DNA of 64,000 nt. Origin: Minisyncoccota bacterium. Its GTDB lineage: Bacteria; Patescibacteriota; Microgenomatia; UBA1400; UBA12028. The notes beneath the pieces are model-generated. The model saw only the letters and a program-made list of their open reading frames with translations, did no database searches and was not told where the DNA came from. Positions 49,211-58,927 of the stretch are shown here, in pieces. The translations under genes and the position numbers were made by a program. Numbering within the stretch: position 1 is the stretch's first letter; every line of letters begins with the position of its first letter. The stretch is from the NCBI GenBank assembly GCA_016211945.1, contig JACRHV010000003.1, positions 5,631 to 69,630 on the forward strand, in the 5' to 3' direction.

Positions 49211-50065
49211 TCAACATGCCCTCACAATCTCCATCACTTCTTGCAAAGAAAGTGGAGTTGGAGTTTGGTTCGCGTGACTTGAGTTATTAATGATCATGTG
49301 TCGACCATTATGAAAAAACCAAGAACCCTTTTTGTCGCGTGCGACAATTTTCTCGTACAATGGTGTTAAATCTAGTTCTTTTCGCGGGGCCGCCTTAATA
49401 TTCACTCCACCACGACGAGGATCTTTTTGGACAACGAGCATATATCCTTTGAGTTGACCGTACCGAACCGCTGCCTGGTTCGAGGTTTCAAGTCCCACAG
49501 ACTTCCCCCATCGCGACTCAAACTCAATTCCTTTTTTAAGTTCCTGCATCGCCTTATGTCGTTCTTTAAGAGAGCTATAGATCGCATCTAAACATCGAAA
49601 TCCGAACACAATTTGTGCGTCGTCATCATGAAGACCGGCTAACTCTGATCCATGAAGAATTCCACGCAATGCAAAAAGGTGACGAACAGAATCAGCATCC
49701 TCAAAAAAATAGTCCTCAAAGTGATCATCAACTAAACAATACTCAACGATCTGTTGGAGCGCCCAATCCTTTTTGTTTTCAGGATTTACTACACAAACGT
49801 GATCGAACACAAGACTTGCGGCAGACATACGTTGCAAAGCTTTGTCGGGTTGGTGGTGATCAAACTGGCCAAATCCAGTATCGGTATACGTAATCTCATC
49901 CGGTGGAAAACTGTGTTTTGCCATTTCTTCTTGAGACAACGTTCCACCTGCATCAACAAAAGCAATCTTTGCATCCGCGTAGTGTTCGGGATCAAACCTT
50001 TTTAAGATCCACACCGAGGCGATTGCGTCGATGTCTGGTGCGCGATGAGTAACGAGGAGTTTCAT
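49211..50065 (-). CDS. DHH-family phosphoesterase (NrnA-like)
   Basis: 'HRAPDIDAIASVW' and 'GFGQFDHHQ' DHH motifs. Confidence 0.7.
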   Translation of the reverse strand: MKLLVTHRAPDIDAIASVWILKRFDPEHYADAKIAFVDAGGTLSQEEMAKHSFPPDEITYTDTGFGQFDHHQPDKALQRMSAASLVFDHVCVVNPENKKDWALQQIVEYCLVDDHFEDYFFEDADSVRHLFALRGILHGSELAGLHDDDAQIVFGFRCLDAIYSSLKERHKAMQELKKGIEFESRWGKSVGLETSNQAAVRYGQLKGYMLVVQKDPRRGGVNIKAAPRKELDLTPLYEKIVARDKKGSWFFHNGRHMIINNSSHANQTPTPLSLQEVMEIVRAC

Positions 50066-50068
50066 TCT

Positions 50069-50449
50069 TTATGTTCTTCCATTCAAAAGATGATCGAATA
50101 ATTTGATATCGGTCATATATTCATTTGCTTGACGTGCAAAATCCGGAAATGCAACATTAATACGTTGAACTATGATATCTCCTATTGCCTTCATGTGATC
50201 TCGAGTAATTGTCTCACGTGATTCTTGCATACTTACAACAACCGCAAGTTTCCAAAGGAACTCACGAATATATCTCGATTGTGTTTCGTTTGCTTTTTCT
50301 TCACCAATTAATTCTAATCCACTCTCAACTAGAGTGTTAAATCGAGGATGTGATTCTCGAAATTTTTTTAATTTTTCTTGTTTTGTGAGATCAAGTTCAA
50401 TAAATTCCGATGATGGATACGATTCTTGTGGCCTTCTGGAAAGAAACAT
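50069..50449 (-). CDS. hypothetical protein (126 aa)
   Basis: ORF track. Confidence 0.4.
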   Translation of the reverse strand: MFLSRRPQESYPSSEFIELDLTKQEKLKKFRESHPRFNTLVESGLELIGEEKANETQSRYIREFLWKLAVVVSMQESRETITRDHMKAIGDIIVQRINVAFPDFARQANEYMTDIKLFDHLLNGRT

Positions 50450-50450
50450 A

Positions 50451-51707
50451 TTATTCCTCTCCTTTTTTCACCATCTTCACCATCTCCTCCATCCCAACTA
50501 TGGGACTCTCTCCACCGGCACGCGCCTTCACCTCAACCCTGTCTCCTGTCTTCTCAGACACTACCACGCGTAAGGGCAACCCAATCAAATCAGCATCGGT
50601 AAACTTCTCACCAGCACGAAGATCTCGATCATCCCAAAGCACTTCTACCCCTGCTTTTTGCAAAAGATCGTACACGCGTTGCGCTTGTTCTTCTGCTTGA
50701 ATATTTACGAGATGAACCTGATATGGTGCAACTTCTTTTGGCCACACCAACCCTTTATCATCCGCCAAAACCTCAACCATCGTGCCCATCACACGCGAAG
50801 GACCAATGCCATAGCATCCCATCACTGGATTATGCTTTTTCCCCTCAGCATCGGCGTAGGTTACATCAAAAGCTTGAGAAAATCGCGTACCTAGTTTGAA
50901 AATATTTCCAACCTCAATTGATCGCTTTTCAATCAATGATTCCTTTTTTACCCCTAACTCTGATAATACTTCATCGGTATACACTTCTTTGTTGATTGCG
51001 ACTTTTTTCTCCTCGGAAACATACACGGTATCTTCGCCCACATCAGAAATGACCTGAAATTCGTGTGAGAATTTTGAGAATACGCCGCCGGATGCAAAAG
51101 TGAGATAGATCACGTTTCCCAATCCAACTCTCGTAAAAACGCGTCGATAGGCCTCGGTTGCCTCCAGATAAAAACGATCCAAGTCAACTTGATCGATATG
51201 GAACGAGTACATGTCCTTCATTAAAAATTCGCGTCCACGCATGATCCCGCTTTTTGCGCGCGCTTCATTCCGGAATTTTGTTTGAATCTGGTATGGCGCA
51301 AATGGAAGATCTCGATAAGACGAGATAAACTGCTTTGCCAAAGGCGTCACAACCTCTTCATGCGACCATCCCAATGCAAACTCCTTGCCGTCATAAAGTG
51401 CGGTTTTAAAAGGAACATCCAAGTCCCACCGCTTCGTTTTTTCCCACAGTTCCTTCTGCACCAACGCAGGCATGAGAATTTCTTGTCCGCCAATGGCATT
51501 CATCTCTTCTCGAATAACAGTGTTGATGTTATTGATTACGCGTAGTCCCAAAGGCAAAAACGTATAAACACCCGCTGAAAGTTGATCGATGTATCCAGCT
51601 TTTTGCAACAGCGTTTGATTTTTCGACTCATATTGTTTCTGATCTCGTTTGGTTTGTCCAAAATATTTCGAATATTTCATATTTGTTTCCTTTTTGTGTT
51701 TCTTCAA
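50451..51707 (-). CDS. proS: proline--tRNA ligase (compact form without editing insertion)
   Basis: N-terminus aligns with bacterial ProRS ('QLSAGVYTFLPLGLRVINNINTVIREEMNAIGGQEILMP'); class II motifs; 418 aa. Confidence 0.9.
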   Translation of the reverse strand: MKKHKKETNMKYSKYFGQTKRDQKQYESKNQTLLQKAGYIDQLSAGVYTFLPLGLRVINNINTVIREEMNAIGGQEILMPALVQKELWEKTKRWDLDVPFKTALYDGKEFALGWSHEEVVTPLAKQFISSYRDLPFAPYQIQTKFRNEARAKSGIMRGREFLMKDMYSFHIDQVDLDRFYLEATEAYRRVFTRVGLGNVIYLTFASGGVFSKFSHEFQVISDVGEDTVYVSEEKKVAINKEVYTDEVLSELGVKKESLIEKRSIEVGNIFKLGTRFSQAFDVTYADAEGKKHNPVMGCYGIGPSRVMGTMVEVLADDKGLVWPKEVAPYQVHLVNIQAEEQAQRVYDLLQKAGVEVLWDDRDLRAGEKFTDADLIGLPLRVVVSEKTGDRVEVKARAGGESPIVGMEEMVKMVKKGEE

Positions 51708-51710
51708 TTT

Positions 51711-52052
51711 TTAGTACAATTTTCCTCCGAGTTGTGCTCCCTGCTTGCTTGGTGTAATCAGTATACATCCCCCTTCGCCATCCGGCACCCCGAGCGTCAG
51801 TGCTTCGCTCATGAACGGCCTAATTTGCTTTGGCGGAAAGTTCACCACACACAGCACTTGCTTTCCCAAGAGTTCTGCTTTCGTATAGTACTTCACGATT
51901 TGTGCGCTACTCCACCGCAAACCAATTTCTGGTCCAAGATTGATGTGAAGTTTATATGCGGGATTTTTTGCTTCCGGAAAATCGAGTACTTCCTCTATAA
52001 CACCGACACAAATTTCGAGTTTTGCGAAATCGCCATAGGTGATCGTTGTCAT
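51711..52052 (-). CDS. CsaA/Trbp111-like tRNA-binding domain protein
   Basis: EMAP/Trbp111 fold ('KLEICVGVIEEV...KLHINLG...LCVVNFPPKQIRPFMSEALTLGV'); start at Met 52052 with AGGAGGAAG RBS. Confidence 0.7.
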   Translation of the reverse strand: MTTITYGDFAKLEICVGVIEEVLDFPEAKNPAYKLHINLGPEIGLRWSSAQIVKYYTKAELLGKQVLCVVNFPPKQIRPFMSEALTLGVPDGEGGCILITPSKQGAQLGGKLY

Positions 52053-52340
52053 GCTTCCTCCTTTTTTATACAAAAAACCGCCCATGCATAACTCAGAACA
52101 TTTGCTCTGAATCATGCACAGGCGGTCATCCTTGCGATCTTTCGCGGATGAACGCGGTACCACTGCGCTTTGATCTCTTTGCTCTATATCGGGAGCCCCC
52201 GAACGGGTTCCGCTGTTACGCTGTGCCCGTCACCGACCTTTTCAGGAGTAAGGACCGGATTTCCTTACCTTTCGGTTGAGATAGAGTATAGCATACGGGG
52301 CAACTATCATTCTCCAGGCTTACTTTCAAGGCTTGTCTTC
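52053..52340 (-). promoter_or_regulatory. T-box riboswitch leader (predicted tRNA-Pro specific)
   Basis: minus strand AGUGGUACCGCG (52154-52165) matches the T-box core. Helix A1 GCGCAG/CUGUGC, bulge UGGUACC, helix A2 GCGUUCAUCC/GGAUGACCGC. Overlapping 14-bp terminator CCGCCUGUGCAUGA...UUAUGCAUGGGCGG followed by U6 (52072-52125). Candidate specifier CCU in an internal loop. Confidence 0.75.
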
Positions 52341-52718
52341 ATCTTTTTTGGTTCTATACATAACTTTTGGTTCCGCAACTCCGCGAATTTCGCGAATTGC
52401 CCGTGAATGCGATTCTAACTTTATTTCTGTATAATCTCGATGCTCTCTGAGACTTCTTTGCGTAATGAACCCATTTTCTTTCACACGAATAATTTCCTTT
52501 TCAATCGGTTGTATCCTTTCTTCCATCTTTATTGTATATAACTCAAATTCTTCTCTTAGATCTTTTTTGCTCACAAAGTTTTCGTTCATCCAGGGAATCA
52601 TGACATGCTCCCAATGATCTCTCAAAATATCCTCTGTTGTAGACCGAATAAGCCTCTCAATACTCTGAAGATCTTCTCGGGTAAGCGACATACACCCTCC
52701 TTTGGCCTGTTTGGCCAT
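52326..52718 (-). CDS. hypothetical protein (130 aa)
   Basis: ORF track. Confidence 0.4.
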   Translation of the reverse strand: MAKQAKGGCMSLTREDLQSIERLIRSTTEDILRDHWEHVMIPWMNENFVSKKDLREEFELYTIKMEERIQPIEKEIIRVKENGFITQRSLREHRDYTEIKLESHSRAIREIRGVAEPKVMYRTKKDEDKP

Positions 52719-52864
52719 ACATATGAGTAGAAATGATTCGCTTCACGGAGAAATGGACGCTATGTGTAGATTGGAAGAGCGGCGAATATATGTTCGTTAT
52801 ACAAAATCTAAGAAAAAACTTCAACTGGAAATAAATCAAGCAGATCGAATCAGAACAGCCAAAA

Positions 52865-53764
52865 TCACATCATCTTGTGAATCGCCTCGGCAAACACCGG
52901 GACCACAGATAATACACGAAGTTTTGGAAACATTTTTTCTCCTACCGCTACCGTGTCCCCAACCACCACCTCATCAACAGCGCTCTCTTGCAAAAGAGTA
53001 CTGGCCGATCCCGCCAATAGCGCATGCGTTGAATAAAACACCACTTTTTTTGCACCATGCTCTTTTAGCAATCGAGCAATCTCAACAACAGTAGAACCAG
53101 TGTTGATTACATCATCGACAACAAGACAGATCTTCTTTTTGACCTCACCCACCATGAATTTTGCTTGAACTTTTCCCGTATGCAAATCTCGCGCTTTATC
53201 AATGTTTGCAAGTGACACGCCAAGACGCTCCGCGAACACGTGTGCACGCTTGAGGCCACCAAAATCCGGCGACACAACAATACTCTCTTCTTTCCTAAAA
53301 CGATTTTTTACATCGTCAACAAAAAGATCCCATGAACTTAGTACTGTTGTTGGAACCGAAAAAAATCCTGCGACACTGTTGCTGTGAAGATCCATCACCA
53401 TAACCCTATCAATCCTGGAACCAGAAACAATATCTGCAATAACACGTGCGGCGATGGGCTCTCCCTGTCGAAACACCTTGTCTTGCAATGAGTATCCCAT
53501 CCACGGAATAACGGCGGTAATGGTTTTTGCCCCCGCTCGTTCAGCGGCATCTGCGAGGAGTGAAAACTCAAGAACATGCATGTCTACCGGAGTTGAAAAG
53601 GATTGAACCAAGATAGCATCCTCGTTTATGACGGAAGACTGTATCCATACTCGTCTTTCACCATTAGGAAAAGATCCTAACTCAATATTTCCAAAAGAAA
53701 CAGAAAGCTGTGTTGCGAGCTGACGACCAAACATGGGATGTGAGGAACCGGACAGAACGATCAT
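52865..53764 (-). CDS. prs: ribose-phosphate pyrophosphokinase
   Basis: 'VVDDVINTGST' PRPP loop; N-terminal Prs domain; start shares 1 nt with the rpsT stop. Confidence 0.9.
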   Translation of the reverse strand: MIVLSGSSHPMFGRQLATQLSVSFGNIELGSFPNGERRVWIQSSVINEDAILVQSFSTPVDMHVLEFSLLADAAERAGAKTITAVIPWMGYSLQDKVFRQGEPIAARVIADIVSGSRIDRVMVMDLHSNSVAGFFSVPTTVLSSWDLFVDDVKNRFRKEESIVVSPDFGGLKRAHVFAERLGVSLANIDKARDLHTGKVQAKFMVGEVKKKICLVVDDVINTGSTVVEIARLLKEHGAKKVVFYSTHALLAGSASTLLQESAVDEVVVGDTVAVGEKMFPKLRVLSVVPVFAEAIHKMM

Positions 53765-54012
53765 TACTTTTTCGCAACCGCGGCGAGCACTTTACTCAAC
53801 TGACTTTTCAACCGAGCTGCCTTATTTTTGTGGAAGATGTGACGTTTTACTCCACGATCAATTGCGGAAAACGCTTTGGAAAGATTCTCTAATGAGGGCG
53901 TCAATCGCATGAGATCTATCGTTGTTTTTGCGTGTGACTTTACCGGCCTGTTGATAAGTGTTTTGCGCTTTGTTTGCCGCAATGCTTTTTTTGCTGAAGA
54001 AAGAATTGGCAT
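53764..54012 (-). CDS. rpsT: 30S ribosomal protein S20
   Basis: 'SAKKALRQTKRK...HIFHKNKAARLKSQLSK'. Confidence 0.8.
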   Translation of the reverse strand: MPILSSAKKALRQTKRKTLINRPVKSHAKTTIDLMRLTPSLENLSKAFSAIDRGVKRHIFHKNKAARLKSQLSKVLAAVAKK

Positions 54013-54125
54013 AGTTGGGATATTGTATCAGAGGAAAACTGTGGGCTCAAGGAGGAATTTTGGTGGCTTGTTGGAGATCTTAATCTGGTCCCGCAAAAAG
54101 TCCCAATCTAGTCCCGATCTCTTCT

Positions 54126-55220
54126 TTACGGCCGAATCCACGCAACAACATCTTTAATACTGATCAGGACAATGAGGATCAAAAGTGCGAGCATACCAAA
54201 GGCGTTGGTGTACTGCTCGTATTTTGCTCTCCTTACTTTTCCGATAAATACCTCGAGGAAAATGAAGAATCCCCTCCCGCCGTCAAGCGCAGGAATGGGA
54301 AGGAGGTTCATCACTCCTAAGTTGATCGACAAGAGACCAGCGAAGTTGAGCCACGCCATAGGCCCCTGCTCAAACAGTTTTTCTTTTTCTGCCATGTGTA
54401 CGATACCAATCGGTCCACTAATGTCTTTTGGTATCGTCCGTTTCTCCGCAACTTGGATTACCATTCCACGTAAAGACTGCAAGATTTGATGTGAGAATGC
54501 GTATGAGTCCTGCATACCCTTCCACACACCCTTACCCATCATCACGTACCATGGATATCGCTTCCATTCAACATCGATGAGCGAAACACCTAAAGACCCT
54601 TGGTCTTGAGGTGTTTCCGCTTCTGTCCGAATATACGGTACTACTGTGATGACTTGGTTGTCGCGCTCCAGGTCAAGCGAGATGATTTTCCCTCGATGCA
54701 ACTGAATCTCTGTGATAAACAGTTCTGAAGATGTGATGTCTTTCTCGTTCACGCGGAGAATAGTGTCGTCTTTTTGCAGTCGAACGAGCGCGGCTGGCGA
54801 ATCTGCAATAACTCGATCAATTCGAGGATGGTTCAGTTGCTCTGGAATACCGAGGATCATGTACAGTGCCGCAAACGCGAAAATGCCAAAAAGAATATTC
54901 ACGACTGCTCCCGCCGCAACAACACACAGGCGCTGGATTTTCGATTTTTCTCGAAAAAGTTTTTCCTTTTCTACAAAAGGCTCCTCGCTTCCCTCAACTG
55001 TTTCACCATCATCACCGGCAAGACGTACAAACCCGCCGAATGGAAGCCAGTTCAACGAGAAAAGCGTTCCTTTGCGAGAAAAGAGTTTCTTGAGTCGAGG
55101 AGGATATCCAATCCCAAACTCTTCAACATGTATTCCGACAATTTTTGCCACAATATAATGCCCCCATTCGTGAATGAGGACGAGAAAAGACAGAATGATA
55201 ATAAAGAAAAAAATAGTCAT
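54126..55220 (-). CDS. rseP: RIP zinc metalloprotease RseP (site-2 protease, M50)
   Basis: 'HEWGHY' HExxH in TM1, PDZ, 'LLPIPALDGG'. Confidence 0.85.
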   Translation of the reverse strand: MTIFFFIIILSFLVLIHEWGHYIVAKIVGIHVEEFGIGYPPRLKKLFSRKGTLFSLNWLPFGGFVRLAGDDGETVEGSEEPFVEKEKLFREKSKIQRLCVVAAGAVVNILFGIFAFAALYMILGIPEQLNHPRIDRVIADSPAALVRLQKDDTILRVNEKDITSSELFITEIQLHRGKIISLDLERDNQVITVVPYIRTEAETPQDQGSLGVSLIDVEWKRYPWYVMMGKGVWKGMQDSYAFSHQILQSLRGMVIQVAEKRTIPKDISGPIGIVHMAEKEKLFEQGPMAWLNFAGLLSINLGVMNLLPIPALDGGRGFFIFLEVFIGKVRRAKYEQYTNAFGMLALLILIVLISIKDVVAWIRP

Positions 55221-55226
55221 ACCGGA

Positions 55227-55778
55227 CTACATCTGCATCAACTCTTCTTCTTTTTCTTTCGACAATGTCTCGAGTTTTTCTATATACACATCAGTGTTTT
55301 CCTGAAGTTTTTTGAGAGCGTTTTCTATGTCGTCCTCGGATATTCCGGGCTTTCCCTTTTGATCTTCAATGATTTTTTTGTGTTTTTGCCGAACATCGCG
55401 AATCATTTGTTTTCCACCTTCGAGTTTTTGATACACAAGTTTCACCATGTCTTTTCTTCGATCTTCGGTCAGCGCGGGAATAATGATACGAATTTGATCG
55501 CCATCAACAACGGGACTCAGATTTAGCCCGGCACTTGCGATTCCCTTTTCTACCGCGGAAAGCAGTGATTTATCCCACGGCGCAACGATGATCATTGTTG
55601 TATCCGGGGCAGAGATCATAGCAAGCTCCATAAGCCGCATGCGCGTTCCGTATGCCTCAACCATTACATTTTCTACAAAAGATGGCTTTGCGCGACCAGT
55701 ACGGATCGTCGCCATATCGTCACGAATAACTTGAAGCACTTTATCGCCGTCTTTTGCAAATGCAACTGAATCAAACAT
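55227..55778 (-). CDS. frr: ribosome recycling factor
   Basis: full-length similarity to RRF ('IRTGRAKPSFVENVMVEAYG'). Confidence 0.9.
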   Translation of the reverse strand: MFDSVAFAKDGDKVLQVIRDDMATIRTGRAKPSFVENVMVEAYGTRMRLMELAMISAPDTTMIIVAPWDKSLLSAVEKGIASAGLNLSPVVDGDQIRIIIPALTEDRRKDMVKLVYQKLEGGKQMIRDVRQKHKKIIEDQKGKPGISEDDIENALKKLQENTDVYIEKLETLSKEKEEELMQM

Positions 55779-55815
55779 TGTTGTTCTCCTTCACCTGATA
55801 TAGTACCATACCGTC

Positions 55816-56532
55816 ATGCCATTCTGGACAATGCTATTTCGCTCCTTTATCGATCTCACGTGTTACCGTGACCGTATTACTGAACCCCTGCGTGCCTTAA
55901 TTCGATACATGGTTCAGTTTTACCTACTCCTTCTCGTTGTGACGAGTACGCTTGGATTTTTTGGAGGAAAAATATTTGCGGATACGATTGTCTCACAGAT
56001 TTCTCAGGATACGCAGTTCACTCTTTCGCCAGAATATATTTCCGCAACAAATATTGAACTGCCACTTACATTAACACTGCCTTTTTTTCTGCGTGCAACC
56101 ATACAAGCAGATACATTGGAGTTCGTTCTTCCCAACCAACATTCTCTTCGCGTTCCGATCAAAGATCTCATGAACGATGAAACATATACCTTTACGGGCA
56201 ACGACGTAAAAGAATCGCTTCCATCTCTGCTCCCCACAGCACTTATGATGACCGCGATGATGTTTGTCGGCGTCCTTTTTATAGGAAGAATTGTGTCGCT
56301 ATTCTTTCATGCAATATTCTTTTCTTGGATCGTGCAGTTATTTGGGAGACGCGTTCATTTTTGGAAACTGGTACAACTCGGTATGCATATCACTGTGACG
56401 GCAGAAGTTGTGACAGTTCTTTCTCTATTCATCTATAGAAGCACCGCATTCCCCATGTTTGAGGTCGCATTTACTCTTTTGATGGTGCTTGTGCTGCGGT
56501 CTCTCCAACAGCCATCCGAACAAAACGGGTAA
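55816..56532 (+). CDS. membrane protein, unknown function
   Basis: 5-6 TM helices; sits where pyrH usually lies. Confidence 0.45.
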   Translation: MPFWTMLFRSFIDLTCYRDRITEPLRALIRYMVQFYLLLLVVTSTLGFFGGKIFADTIVSQISQDTQFTLSPEYISATNIELPLTLTLPFFLRATIQADTLEFVLPNQHSLRVPIKDLMNDETYTFTGNDVKESLPSLLPTALMMTAMMFVGVLFIGRIVSLFFHAIFFSWIVQLFGRRVHFWKLVQLGMHITVTAEVVTVLSLFIYRSTAFPMFEVAFTLLMVLVLRSLQQPSEQNG

Positions 56533-56962
56533 CAACCACATTTTCGCCAACGGTTCCCGCGACAGTTTTTACGAGGTCTTTGATTGTGGTTTTTGCATCA
56601 CGAATGTAGGGTTGTTCAAGAAGTTCTGCTACTGTTGCCGGCTTCATGGAAGCAACCTGCATCGCCACTTCTTTGCCGAGGTTTATAAACGCATCGGTCC
56701 GCGCAACAAAGTCTGTTTCACAGTTTAACTCTACTAGTGCGACGACTTGGCTTCCTTGGTGAACGTAGCTCGCAATCACTCCTTGTTTTGCTTCACGGTC
56801 AGCTTTTTTTTCTGCACGCATGATGCCTTTTGCTTTGATCCACGCTTCTGCCTTTGCCATATCACCTTTGGACTCTTCTAGGGCTTTTTTGGCATCCATC
56901 ACACCCGCACTGGTTTTTTCACGAAGCTGTTTGATCAAGTCCATCGAGATTACTTTTGGCAT
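56471..56962 (-). CDS. tsf: elongation factor Ts (short form)
   Basis: 'LIKQLREKTSAGVMDAKKALEE' UBA-like N-terminus, 'ELNCETDFVARTDAF'. Confidence 0.8.
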   Translation of the reverse strand: MPKVISMDLIKQLREKTSAGVMDAKKALEESKGDMAKAEAWIKAKGIMRAEKKADREAKQGVIASYVHQGSQVVALVELNCETDFVARTDAFINLGKEVAMQVASMKPATVAELLEQPYIRDAKTTIKDLVKTVAGTVGENVVVTRFVRMAVGETAAQAPSKE

Positions 56963-57669
56963 GCCATCCTCCCCTCCTTGTACGCATTCGCGACCGCGTG
57001 TACGAGCAACTTAATACTGCGAACTGCGTCGTCGTTTGCGGGGATTGGGTACTTCACTTTTGTTGGATCACAGTTTGAGTCAACAATCCCAACAACCGGA
57101 ACGTCCTTCATCACTGCTTCTTTGACAACCCCATCTTCCTTGCCTATGTCAACGATAAAGAGCGCATCCGGAGCTGCGTTTAATGATTCAATTCCACCAA
57201 AAAATCGTTCCAAGCGTGCGATGTCTTTATCGATCAACACCCGCTCTTTTTTGGTGAAGATGTCGAGTTTTCCTTCCTCGCGGTCTTTCTTCAGTTTCTT
57301 CATTTTATCGAGTGATCGCTTGATCTGTTCCCAGTTAGTGAGCGTTCCACCGAGCCATCGCACCACGATGTATGGAGCTCCCGCGGCAATGGCTTCTTCG
57401 CGCACAATATCCTGTGCTTGGCGCTTTGTTCCAACGAACACAACATTTTTCCCCTCTTTTGCGAGGGCATAAACCGCTTGGCACGCTTCCTCGAGTTTTG
57501 CAGCGGTTTTGAAGAGGTCAAAAATATGCACCCCATTCTTTTCCGTATAAATATACGGTTTTATTTTTGGCGACCACCGTTGCGCCTGGTGCCCAAAATG
57601 ACAGCCCGCCTCGAGCATGTCCTTGACGTCTACTGAAAATGAAACAGTTTTGGCTTGTGTGTCTGCCAT
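56950..57669 (-). CDS. rpsB: 30S ribosomal protein S2
   Basis: 'MLEAGCHFGHQAQRWSPKIKPYIY...'. Confidence 0.9.
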   Translation of the reverse strand: MADTQAKTVSFSVDVKDMLEAGCHFGHQAQRWSPKIKPYIYTEKNGVHIFDLFKTAAKLEEACQAVYALAKEGKNVVFVGTKRQAQDIVREEAIAAGAPYIVVRWLGGTLTNWEQIKRSLDKMKKLKKDREEGKLDIFTKKERVLIDKDIARLERFFGGIESLNAAPDALFIVDIGKEDGVVKEAVMKDVPVVGIVDSNCDPTKVKYPIPANDDAVRSIKLLVHAVANAYKEGRMACQK

Positions 57670-57811
57670 AGTGTTCTCCTTATTCCTCCTTCGCGGCGAG
57701 GTTCAATTCAGGAGAACGCCACGAAGTGTGTATTTGTATTGAGGGGATTATAGCACAAAAAATGTGGTATGATCCGTGGTAAATAAAATTATCCTGCTCA
57801 GAGGAGTGTTT

Positions 57812-58093
57812 ATGGGAGACCTTAGAGAAATTGGAAATATTGTTTTGAAAGTTGATAAAGCAGTAACAATGGGTAAAACTCGGAAAGTATTGCCTAAAGT
57901 GTCACATCTCAAGATTGATGGTATGGCTATTACTAATACACAGAATACAGAACTCCGTGTTTTAGGTGAAGAGTTTGAGGATATTAATGAATATTTAAGG
58001 AAACATGAGGAAGAAATTATAAACATTCTTTCAGAATCCGGACTTATTGTTCAAGAGATTAGTGCTGAGGCAGCTGAAGCTCAAAAAAAATAA
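57812..58093 (+). CDS. hypothetical protein (93 aa)
   Basis: start at Met 57812 after an extended -10 TGgTATGAT promoter-like sequence. Confidence 0.35.
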   Translation: MGDLREIGNIVLKVDKAVTMGKTRKVLPKVSHLKIDGMAITNTQNTELRVLGEEFEDINEYLRKHEEEIINILSESGLIVQEISAEAAEAQKK

Positions 58094-58132
58094 GAAGTTC
58101 TTTATTCTCAATGTGAGAATATTAATTGCTTT

Positions 58133-58927
58133 TTATAAATCAAGAAGATTTTCCAAGAGACACACTCTGGTCATGGGGCCTACTCCGCCGGGAACAGGAG
58201 AGAGGTAGCTCGCAATTTGATCTAGGTTTGTTGGGTCAATTTCCGGCTTGGGTGAACCGGCGTCAATAATAATAACACCAAGCTTGAAGTCGTTGGCATT
58301 GAGAAGATTGGGTTGCCCTGTGGCGGAGATAACAACCTCCCCCTCCTTTACCAGTCCTCGGTTCTCCGCAAGTTCTTTGCGACCTACAAGGTGAACCACT
58401 GCACATTCTTTCCGTAGCTCCTCAGCAACAGGAAGGCCCACAATATCACTTCTCCCCACCACAACCACTGTCATTGTTTTCGCATCTTTATGCAGAACAC
58501 GACACGCATCGTGGAAAATCTCCAGAATTGCTCGAGCAGTTGCCGGCATAACTCTACTCTGCGGAGTGAGGCCATCAACATCTTTTTCTGGCGGTATTGC
58601 GGAAACTACTGTTGTCCACCATGTATCACTTGGCATAAGCGACTTGGCTGGTTTTTGCACAATGATTCCGTTTACCGTGGTATTCGCACCTGCACCACGA
58701 ATAATTTCAATCAAATCCTGAATTGGTGTGTTGATTGGTACTACTCGAACTTCATACCCAATCCCAACGCTCTCCGCATCTTTTTTCTTCAGATTCGCAT
58801 AGATCATACTCGGTTTATCTTCTTGACATACCAATGAAAATATCTTTAATTGAGGAAGTTTTGTAAGCTGTTCTTTGAGTGCTTTCATGCGGAGAGCAGC
58901 ACCCGAAGAACCATCGAAGATAATCAT
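58133..58927 (-). CDS. folD: bifunctional methylenetetrahydrofolate dehydrogenase/cyclohydrolase
   Basis: 'PVPGGVGPMT' signature. Confidence 0.9.
   Translation of the reverse strand: MIIFDGSSGAALRMKALKEQLTKLPQLKIFSLVCQEDKPSMIYANLKKKDAESVGIGYEVRVVPINTPIQDLIEIIRGAGANTTVNGIIVQKPAKSLMPSDTWWTTVVSAIPPEKDVDGLTPQSRVMPATARAILEIFHDACRVLHKDAKTMTVVVVGRSDIVGLPVAEELRKECAVVHLVGRKELAENRGLVKEGEVVISATGQPNLLNANDFKLGVIIIDAGSPKPEIDPTNLDQIASYLSPVPGGVGPMTRVCLLENLLDL

Noticed and set aside
52053-52330. Candidate RNase P RNA or tmRNA in a 280-nt ORF-free, GC-rich intergenic region
   Set aside because: None of the conserved RNase P motifs (AGGAAAGUCCGGGCUCC) or tmRNA tag-peptide/CCA features are present. The minus strand instead shows a textbook T-box core and terminator.
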